DNA from: an uncultured Candidatus Saccharibacteria bacterium
GTDB lineage: Bacteria; Patescibacteriota; Saccharimonadia; CAILAD01; BJGX01
DNA: 64,000 nucleotides
Assembly (NCBI GenBank): GCA_964552475.1
Contig: CAZKFZ010000004.1
Coordinates: 1 to 64,000, forward strand
Reading direction: 5' to 3'
Position numbers and translations under genes: made by a program. Under the pieces are notes generated by a model. It was given only the letters and a program-made list of their open reading frames with translations, was not told where the DNA came from and searched no databases. This document shows positions 49,734-56,951 of this stretch, piece by piece (position 1 is the first letter of the stretch; each line of letters opens with the position of its first letter).

Positions 49734-49955
49734 TTAGAGCCTTTTGAATAGGTCTACTAGCGATATATTAAGAGCCTTTGCTATCTTATGGATATTCCCA
49801 ATACTCGGATTGCGTTTACCTTGCTCAATAAACCCAATATAAGTTCTATGAACATCAATTATATCTGCTAGTTTTTCTTGCGTAATACCCGTTTTCTTAC
49901 GAACTTCAGATATTCGCCGACCTAACTCTTTTAAAAATAAATCTTCAGAAGCCAT
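49734..49955 (-). CDS. XRE-family (Cro/CI-type) HTH transcriptional regulator
   Basis: 73 aa. ...RKKTGITQEKLADIIDVHRTYIGFIEQGKRNPSIGNIHKIAKAL... Confidence 0.8.
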   Translation of the reverse strand: MASEDLFLKELGRRISEVRKKTGITQEKLADIIDVHRTYIGFIEQGKRNPSIGNIHKIAKALNISLVDLFKRL

Positions 49956-50046
49956 ACATACAGTTTGTCGCTATTAGCCTGTTGCTTCTACAGACAGCTT
50001 GTAGCATAATTATGAATAAGAAATAACAATTTAAGGAGAAGATGTA

Positions 50047-50802
50047 ATGAAAAATGAAGAACACAAAGCTGCCCCTGCACAGCCTGAGGCAGCTCATCAC
50101 CCTGTACAAGCACCTACCAAAACAAACACCCTAGCAATTTGGGGTTTTATTCTAGCTATCTTACTGCCACTTATTGGCCTAATTTTATCAATTATTGCAA
50201 TTTCACAGATTAAAAAATCAAATGAGGGCGGCAAAGGTTTAGCCATAGCTGGCATTGTCATAGCAAGCATTTTGCTCTTTTTCCAGCTAATTATATTTGT
50301 TTCATTGGTTAATGGGGCTAAAAATATTTCAACAACGACAAGCTCAGACAAAAGCTCACAGTCATCTTCAAGCAACTCAGGTTCAAAGCCTGCTGAAGTA
50401 GCTAAAATTGGCCAAGCTGTGCGAGATGGTAAGTTTGAGTTTACTGTTACGGGCTTCAGCTGTGGTCAAACATCAGTCGGGACAAACCAATATCTAACCA
50501 AGCAAGCTCAAGGTCAGTTTTGTATGCTAAATCTTAGTATCAAGAACATTGGCGACCAAGCTCAAAGCCTATTTTCTGGCAATCAAAAACTACTTAACGG
50601 CAGCACCCAGTATTCTGCAGATGATACGGCTACTTTGTATGCTGGGCCATCAGGCTCAACTTCTACTTGGTTCAACGACATAAACCCTGGTAATAGCGTT
50701 TCAGGCACAATTGTCTTTGATGTGCCAAAGGGCGTTACCCCAACCCAGGCTGAATTGCACGATAGTGCGTTTTCAGGCGGTATAAAAGTTAACTTGCAAT
50801 AA
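50047..50802 (+). CDS. DUF4190/DUF4352-type membrane-anchored protein
   Basis: 251 aa. Pro/Ala-rich N-terminus, two TM helices, Ser-rich linker, and a C-terminal ...FEFTVTGFSCGQT...GTIVFDVPKG... Ig-like DUF4352 pattern. Confidence 0.6.
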   Translation: MKNEEHKAAPAQPEAAHHPVQAPTKTNTLAIWGFILAILLPLIGLILSIIAISQIKKSNEGGKGLAIAGIVIASILLFFQLIIFVSLVNGAKNISTTTSSDKSSQSSSSNSGSKPAEVAKIGQAVRDGKFEFTVTGFSCGQTSVGTNQYLTKQAQGQFCMLNLSIKNIGDQAQSLFSGNQKLLNGSTQYSADDTATLYAGPSGSTSTWFNDINPGNSVSGTIVFDVPKGVTPTQAELHDSAFSGGIKVNLQ

Positions 50803-50806
50803 GTTA

Positions 50807-51508
50807 CTATTTGCCAGGCATTGAGCCGTCTTTTGGCGGCTCTTTTGCTTTTTGTTGTTTAAGATATTCAGCCATCTTCTTGCGACCCTCTTCTGTTCGT
50901 CCAAGAGTAATCTCTTTCATACCGTTTGACCATAACTCAACTACACCCTCACGCATCAACTTATTTATTTCTTGTGTTGTTGGCTTTGCTTCAGGCGTTG
51001 TTTGAAGTATTAGAGCCTTAGTATCTGCTACCGCTTTTTTGTTTTTGTAATGCAGATGTACTAACTCGCCGATAAACTCGTCTTCTGGGATTGAAGGTAT
51101 CGGTGGTTTCTCTAAGTATTTAACGAGGAACGACTTATAACCATACCTACTTCTAATAACTTTAGTGACCTGAGCTAGGTCGCCAGCTGCAACTACAAAG
51201 TCGTTCACTTCTATATCTGGTTTAGTCTTCTTGGTGTGTAGGGCCACAGGATAATCATTTTTTTTCACAAGGTCAGCACACATCTTGAGAAAACCATTTG
51301 TGTTGTGTATCCGCATCAAGTCTTTGGTGGCGTTAACAACGTGCAGTGATAGTATGCCAACTCTGCCCAGATGCAAATCTAGGTCGTCTAGGCTCAGATT
51401 ACGGCTACCCGCAGAACCTCCAGGATGAAGCGACTTGCTTTGACTGCCTAGCGATACATAGTGTGTTCTTAAGACAGCCTTTTGCTCTGGCTTCATTTTT
51501 GGAAACAC
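50807..51508 (-). CDS. Hypothetical protein
   Basis: 233-aa ORF adjacent to tRNA-Asp. No family recognised. Confidence 0.45.
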   Translation of the reverse strand: MFPKMKPEQKAVLRTHYVSLGSQSKSLHPGGSAGSRNLSLDDLDLHLGRVGILSLHVVNATKDLMRIHNTNGFLKMCADLVKKNDYPVALHTKKTKPDIEVNDFVVAAGDLAQVTKVIRSRYGYKSFLVKYLEKPPIPSIPEDEFIGELVHLHYKNKKAVADTKALILQTTPEAKPTTQEINKLMREGVVELWSNGMKEITLGRTEEGRKKMAEYLKQQKAKEPPKDGSMPGK

Positions 51509-51823
51509 CGCTTGAAACCTGAGGTTGAGAGGATTACTCTCAATGAATACGACGAATATGTTAAAGACCTAAAAGCTAGGCAAGAGCAATTGGATGAGCA
51601 ACTCGTAAGCCTTACGCATAACGACAAAAGCTTTATGCTAACCAGCTCATACCTGTTAGAGATAGCCACAAAAGCCCCTAAGCTATTCCAAAGTTCTAAA
51701 GCGGCTCTAAAATCAAAGCTATTACGCTTTGTACTTTCTAACCTTGAATTACACGATAAAAAGCTCCATTTCAATCTAAAAACACCCTTTGATGTAATCG
51801 CAGAGTGTTCTCAAAATGCTGAT

Positions 51824-51900
51824 TGGCGGGCCCGACCGGATTTGAACCGGCGATCTCCTCCGTGACAGGGAGGCGTGTTAGGCCTCTACACCACGAGCCC
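51824..51900 (-). tRNA. tRNA-Asp (anticodon GTC), CCA encoded
   Basis: GGGCTCG-TG-GTGT/AGAGGCCTA/ACAC-G-CCTCC/CTGTCAC/GGAGG-AGATC-GCCGG/TTCAAAT/CCGGT-CGGGCCC-G-CCA. G73 discriminator as expected for Asp. Confidence 0.85.
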
Positions 51901-51990
51901 AGGGTTTTGGCTTAAAACTAACCTGATAATTTTACCAAATATTGTCCACATTTACAATAAAACACCCCGGGCAAATGCCTGAGGTGTAGA

Positions 51991-52656
51991 CTAGCACGAC
52001 AAATCGTAAAAATGCCATGCCTCATTGAGGTGCGAAAAAACCTTATATTCAACAATTGAGTAGCCAAATTTTTCTATGAGACATTCAAATCTCGCCACGT
52101 TATCGCCATATATTGCGATATGTAGTACCCCACCAATAGATAAGTACTGGTGTGCTTGGCTCATTAGCTCAATATGAAGCGCAAGACCAGGGTCGTTGCA
52201 AGCAATATCGTTATAGCTAACTATCGGTTCATCAAAAGAAGGTAAGTAAGCCACAATTGCATCAAACTCACCCGTTACACTCATAAATAAATTAGAGTAA
52301 TAAACCTCTATCTCTACGCCTATATTGGTAGCATTAGCTATAGTGCTAATTAAAGCATTGGGCATAATGTCTACTGCTTCTACATGCGTAGCTCCAGACG
52401 CGGCAGCAATAATGCCACGCACTCCACAACCACAGCCGATATCAAGCACTCTTTTACCCCTGTACATCTCAATATTGCGAGGTGTTACCAAAATAGTTTC
52501 ACCAAAATCTGGCCTAGGCGCAAACACGCCAGGCAAGACAACCCAATCTACTCCACGATAACGTACTTTGCTTTCTACATTTAGTGGCATATCTACACCC
52601 CTTTCAGGCCAGGTTTGGTAGCTAAGCGATATGTTAGCGACACTCGTGGCCCGCAA
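51991..52656 (-). CDS. Class I SAM-dependent methyltransferase
   Basis: 221 aa, GC-rich. Motif I VLDIGCGCGVRGIIAA and post-I acidic residue (EAVDI). Confidence 0.7.
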   Translation of the reverse strand: MRATSVANISLSYQTWPERGVDMPLNVESKVRYRGVDWVVLPGVFAPRPDFGETILVTPRNIEMYRGKRVLDIGCGCGVRGIIAAASGATHVEAVDIMPNALISTIANATNIGVEIEVYYSNLFMSVTGEFDAIVAYLPSFDEPIVSYNDIACNDPGLALHIELMSQAHQYLSIGGVLHIAIYGDNVARFECLIEKFGYSIVEYKVFSHLNEAWHFYDLSC

Positions 52657-53228
52657 ATTGGCGGAGGTACTGAGTGTGTAGGGCGCAAATCTTCATCTGT
52701 TGGGTACAAACCTGGCGCACGCATAATTAGCTCACTACCAGGACCAGTTTGCAATACTCTATTGGGCACAGTGTCATCACGAGTTGAATACATTTTTAGT
52801 TCACCCGTGCCAGCAATGGTATATGACACAATTAGGTGAATATCGCTACTGTAATCGCGATGACGTCCAATACCATCATAACGATCGCTATAGCGTTGCA
52901 CAGCAACATCGTTAGGTTGCCAGGTTTGCAAGCACTTATAGCGACCAGCACTAGCTCTTACCATCTGGCCTAGCGTATCGCCCAATTCTCGCATAAGTGG
53001 GTAGTTTTGCCGTGTAGACTCGTCAAAATAGACCGGCGCAAATACCTCGAATCGCTGGTATACACCTTGTTCTATGTCGAAAAAGCGACAAAATTCACCT
53101 TTTAGTACCTCACTTGCCAAAGCTTTGGTGAAATCTCGGCTCAGTGCCTGGGTAGTAAAGGCATAGCCACTTCTGCCTGCATCCGAAATTCGCCCGGCAT
53201 AATCTGGTGGTGTAGCAAATATCTCCAT
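52593..53228 (-). CDS. 2OG-Fe(II) oxygenase superfamily protein (AlkB-like)
   Basis: ORF opens at 53270, likely start MEIF at 53228. HRD...H iron ligands (GIGRHRDYSSDIHLIV) and the 2OG-binding RVSLTYR (compare AlkB RxNxTFR). Overlaps the methyltransferase gene by about 64 nt. Confidence 0.6.
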   Translation of the reverse strand: MEIFATPPDYAGRISDAGRSGYAFTTQALSRDFTKALASEVLKGEFCRFFDIEQGVYQRFEVFAPVYFDESTRQNYPLMRELGDTLGQMVRASAGRYKCLQTWQPNDVAVQRYSDRYDGIGRHRDYSSDIHLIVSYTIAGTGELKMYSTRDDTVPNRVLQTGPGSELIMRAPGLYPTDEDLRPTHSVPPPICGPRVSLTYRLATKPGLKGV

Positions 53229-53431
53229 TACACTCCCCTTTCGAGTTTGTTTAGCAAGACATACCAACAACTTATGTGAATAAGGTAACAGCGATGCCCT
53301 AAGCGGTCCAGCACTACCTCTACCGTATCTGTTAAGGCAAAATCCACTCCGCAGCCATTACAAGCACTTCCTACAGCCTTAGGGTAGCATTCTAGCTCAA
53401 ATACACCTTCGCTCTCGAGTACTTTTAACAT
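53229..53431 (-). CDS. Small Cys-containing hypothetical protein
   Basis: Roughly 67 aa from MLKVLE (ECYPKAVGSACNGCG...). The ATG lies 1 nt after the stop of the upstream small ORF. Confidence 0.35.
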
Positions 53432-53432
53432 C

Positions 53433-53615
53433 TTAGTCTCCTTTGTGAGTAGCGATATAGTAATTGGGCCTGCTGTAGCCATGACTAACCATATACCAAC
53501 ACAACGCAATAGACGCCGGCCCAAAAACAACCTCAGGCTCGATATCGTTAGCATCCCATGCCTCTAGAGCTTCTATAGAGTTTCTGCATATAACATACAG
53601 ATTGGTCTTACACAT
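53433..53615 (-). CDS. Small hypothetical protein
   Basis: 60 aa. Tandem and co-oriented with the following small gene. Confidence 0.3.
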   Translation of the reverse strand: MCKTNLYVICRNSIEALEAWDANDIEPEVVFGPASIALCWYMVSHGYSRPNYYIATHKGD

Positions 53616-53664
53616 TTTTGGCTCCTAAAGTTGATTGTTAAGGTTCTCTCGGTAGCTTTAATAC

Positions 53665-53694
53665 TAAAAAACTGCCCGAGAAGGCAGTTTTTTA
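53665..53694. terminator. Bidirectional terminator hairpin (A6-CTGCC-cgagaa-GGCAG-T6)
   Basis: 5-bp GC stem flanked by A6 and T6. Confidence 0.5.
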
Positions 53695-53917
53695 GTTAAT
53701 ATTAGTAATAATTACAGATACAAGCTTAAAAACTCCCTTCTAAAGCAGTGTTTCTAGCAAAATATTGAAATGATGACCAAGTGGTGTGTTTTTTATTCAG
53801 TAACATTATTTCTCTCTCTTATGTCTATAAGCATAACAAAATCAAAAATTATTGTCAAAAATGGTGCTCTACAGGTTGGTGTATCTGTTAAACTATATAA
53901 AAAAGTGTTAAAAACTA

Positions 53918-53946
53918 TTGACTTTTATGTAATAGTTTGCTATAAT
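53918..53946 (+). promoter_or_regulatory. Perfect-consensus sigma70 promoter (TTGACT-17 nt-TATAAT)
   Basis: TTGACT at 53918-53923, exact 17-nt spacer, TATAAT at 53941-53946. Confidence 0.6.
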
Positions 53947-53952
53947 ACCCCT

Positions 53953-54401
53953 AATGCTTAGTCAGTAGGCAGAGAACCTCACAGATCAAAAAACCACAAA
54001 AAGAAACTGAGAGGAGGTGCACGTGTTCGTCATTCAGAACCGTGCTACCGAGTATATAGATAGTTTCTAGGAGCAGTTGGAGCCTCTACTAGAGCCGTTA
54101 ATCTATATCTTATAGATAATGGCTCAAAAACGCTTTTACCACCCGGCATATCCGCCAGACTTTTACATATTGAGTTACCAAACTCATTCATGGGTAGACC
54201 CATGAGTATTTGTGAAAGTAAAGGAGTTAGCGACAAAAAATTGACGCTAAGGTATCAGCGCCGTAGAGTACTCTCATCTGTTCCGTCCTTAAGGACAACT
54301 AACAATGTTAGTTTGTCCGCTTTACGACCCATCTAGCCTTGCGAGCAATGCTCCTTGGCAGACGGGTCGATAGACCCCACCTTTATTAGGTGGGGTTTTT
54401 T
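53953..54401 (+). ncRNA. Candidate small/non-coding RNA transcript (promoter to terminator, roughly 450 nt) carrying only a 15-codon ORF with a strong SD
   Basis: Bounded by the consensus promoter and a strong terminator (CCCCACC-tttatta-GGTGGGG-TTTTTT at 54375-54401). No plus-strand ORF of 60 aa or more. GAGGAGG-N5-GTG opens MFVIQNRATEYIDSF (54023..54070). Confidence 0.4.
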
Positions 54402-54428
54402 CTATTCTAAGTTGTGTTTTTAATATAG

Positions 54429-54842
54429 TTATTTAGAATCTATAGAATAAGTCATGCCACATACAGCGCCAAGATCTATATCGCTGCTTATTGCTTGATT
54501 ATAAAGATCTTCTAATACAACCAATATTATATTGGTATTAGCACCAGCACTTTCTAGATAAAACCGCTCGCCAGACACATTATCGAACAACTCTATGGCT
54601 TGCAAGGGCCATTGTTTGGCTACAGAATAGGCATGGCGTAGCTCAGCCTCAGTAATTAGCCAAGCAGTTTTTTGGTGACTTTTAAGGCTCTCAAAAGTCT
54701 CGGCTACGTTGCCGGTAATATGATAATTATTGCTTTGCAAAGCACTTTTGAGGTTATCTATATTACTGTCTTTTTCATAAATAATAAGACCAACCTCGCG
54801 ACTTTGGGCTTGAGCTGTTAAAAAAGTGTGTAAATCTTGCAT
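54429..54842 (-). CDS. Hypothetical protein
   Basis: 137-aa ORF downstream of and co-oriented with the vWA gene. Confidence 0.45.
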   Translation of the reverse strand: MQDLHTFLTAQAQSREVGLIIYEKDSNIDNLKSALQSNNYHITGNVAETFESLKSHQKTAWLITEAELRHAYSVAKQWPLQAIELFDNVSGERFYLESAGANTNIILVVLEDLYNQAISSDIDLGAVCGMTYSIDSK

Positions 54843-54866
54843 ATTAGTTATATCTTAACATAATAC

Positions 54867-56921
54867 TTAAGCTTGCTCTATAACGCGCCTTAGTACCTCT
54901 ACTAGTGCGGCTGGCAACTCAGCTACATCTTGTATTACTGAATAGTCTGGGTAGTAATCGGCTACAGAATCTGATTGTATACCGATACTAGCTAGTTTTT
55001 GGTTGGTATTATGAATTATGTTGTCTACCACCCTATGCAAATCATATTCGGGCCCATTGTGCCTGTAGCTTTCGGCTGGCTGTCCATCAGATAAAATAAC
55101 TACAATTTTCTCGGTACCAGGTTGCTGAGACAAACGTTCAGAGGTTTCTGTAAGCGCCCAACCATCGTCATTGTACCCAGATAAATCATAATCGCTTGCT
55201 TCTTCTATCATACCAGGAATAATTTCGCGACTTGGTTTACCAAACTGCTCATCAAACCCCTTGTATTTATGCAAAACTGAATTAAAACCATATATTTCAA
55301 AACGAATATTAAGCTTACTTAGCACCTCAGAAAACACTATAGCGCTCTTTAGGGCCTCTTCTACTCTATCGCCTGCCATAGAGCCAGATAAATCTACTAG
55401 TAGACTTATAGTATAGTCTTTTTGGGTGGGTAACTCTCGCCTCTCCCAGGCTTTGCTTTGTACAGCCGAAACACCCTTAGCTTTTTCGGATATCCGCTTG
55501 CCAATATTAATACGTTTACCCGTACGATAGCCACTTTTGTAGCCATGCGAAGATCTGGCAATAAATAAGTTATTAAGATCGTTATACAAGCTATCTATGA
55601 GTGGCTTGAGCTCTTTGTAGAGTTCATTATAGTAATCTAGTTGCTCGTCTTGCTCGGTTTTTTCGCTAGGCTGATCTTCTTGGTCACCCTCTTGTGAGGG
55701 CTTAACGGGCTCTATATCGGCATCGGCATCGAGAGGTTCGCCCGAGTCACTATCTGAGGCTTCGCTAATACTAAGCTTGGCTTCTAGTTGGTCGGTAATC
55801 TCTTTATCTAAATCGGCTAGGGCCTCGGCAGCCTCTTCGTGTAGCTGTTGTTTAACATCTTCTGGCAAACTAGCAATAAATTCTTGTAAGGCCTTGAGTT
55901 GCTCTGCGGATAGGTCTGAAAGTTTAATGGGTTGGTAGTAGCCTTGCTCTTTGGCAATTTCGGCGGCCTGCTGAAGCATCTCTTGCAAGTCACTTGGTAA
56001 TTCGTTAAAGCCTTCGGGGGTATTTCCGTCTACCAAATCTTTTATCATTTTGTGTAGTTGTTTGGCGGCGGCGGCATTGGCTATATCGATATCGACAAGT
56101 TTTTTAAATTCTGGCCAAATTTGGTCGGTTAATATTGCCCCACTAGCTTTGGCGTATTTATCTACCAAGGCGCTCGATCTGTCGGCCTCTTCTTTGGTAG
56201 GGTATGTCCACCACATATCTTGTAAGTATGGAGCTACTCTTGCAACATAATCTTTTATTTCTTGAGGTAGTTCTGGGTTTACCTGTATGGGTTGGCGTTG
56301 TCTATCTTGATACCAAAGACTCATATTCTCATAACTAGCTAATACATGGAGTGGTTCAAATCCCAGTTCAGACTGAGCTCTTTGTATGGCACTATGGTGC
56401 TTTTCTAGATAGTCTTTATAATAAATATCCATCCCTTCATCTAATAATCTATAATTGTCAGATAAAAAATTATTTACCCTAGGATCTTCTAAAACGCTAT
56501 ATAGCACATTTCCACCTGGCAGGTGACGCATTTCTTGCACCGACTCAATGATACGGGTTATTCGCCTATGACTGGCCTCGTGGCCAATGCTCCAGCGATT
56601 TTCTTGAGCAGGGCGCTCTAGTAGATCTTGTAAACCCACAGCTACGTAGTTTTCATTCATACTCCAATACCATTCACGGCCCGGCGCGAGTATTACTGGC
56701 ATATCGAAGTCTTTACCTATAAAGCTACTTATCACACTTAAGCTTCGCAAGCGTTCTTGCACCACCCGACGTTGAGACAAGGGCAAGCTAGCTAGCATAG
56801 CCTCAGAACGTTCTTTGTCAGCCTGGTAGGTTAGCTCAGGGTCTGGGGCGTGACCATCACGCAGTACTCCACTGGCAGGTGGTTCGGCCTTGGCAGCGTA
56901 TGTCTTTTCTATCTCACCCAA
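54867..56921 (-). CDS. vWA (MIDAS) domain protein with N-terminal HExxH motif and D/E-rich linker (CobT/NorD/midasin-tail-like architecture)
   Basis: 684 aa. SIGHEASHRRI (HExxH) near the N-terminus and an acidic stretch SEASDSDSGEPLDADADIEPVKPSQEGDQEDQPSEKTEQDEQ. C-terminal vWA with MIDAS LLVDLSGSM...SDG. GC-rich. Confidence 0.7.
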   Translation of the reverse strand: MGEIEKTYAAKAEPPASGVLRDGHAPDPELTYQADKERSEAMLASLPLSQRRVVQERLRSLSVISSFIGKDFDMPVILAPGREWYWSMNENYVAVGLQDLLERPAQENRWSIGHEASHRRITRIIESVQEMRHLPGGNVLYSVLEDPRVNNFLSDNYRLLDEGMDIYYKDYLEKHHSAIQRAQSELGFEPLHVLASYENMSLWYQDRQRQPIQVNPELPQEIKDYVARVAPYLQDMWWTYPTKEEADRSSALVDKYAKASGAILTDQIWPEFKKLVDIDIANAAAAKQLHKMIKDLVDGNTPEGFNELPSDLQEMLQQAAEIAKEQGYYQPIKLSDLSAEQLKALQEFIASLPEDVKQQLHEEAAEALADLDKEITDQLEAKLSISEASDSDSGEPLDADADIEPVKPSQEGDQEDQPSEKTEQDEQLDYYNELYKELKPLIDSLYNDLNNLFIARSSHGYKSGYRTGKRINIGKRISEKAKGVSAVQSKAWERRELPTQKDYTISLLVDLSGSMAGDRVEEALKSAIVFSEVLSKLNIRFEIYGFNSVLHKYKGFDEQFGKPSREIIPGMIEEASDYDLSGYNDDGWALTETSERLSQQPGTEKIVVILSDGQPAESYRHNGPEYDLHRVVDNIIHNTNQKLASIGIQSDSVADYYPDYSVIQDVAELPAALVEVLRRVIEQA

Positions 56922-56951
56922 AACAACAAATACCTATTATTATTTAACACC

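Noticed and set aside
51482-51865. 127-aa plus-strand ORF reminiscent of a recombinase or coiled-coil C-terminus
   Set aside because: It overlaps 42 nt of tRNA-Asp on the opposite strand. No catalytic motifs of tyrosine or serine recombinases could be identified, so it is not reported as a gene (mentioned only in the accessory-region finding).
53953-54401. Considered tmRNA (ssrA) for the promoter-to-terminator transcript
   Set aside because: No GGGG 5' end, no tRNA-like T-arm (GGGTCGATAGACCC is not a 5-bp stem with 7-nt loop) with CCA, and no ...ALAA-stop tag reading frame.
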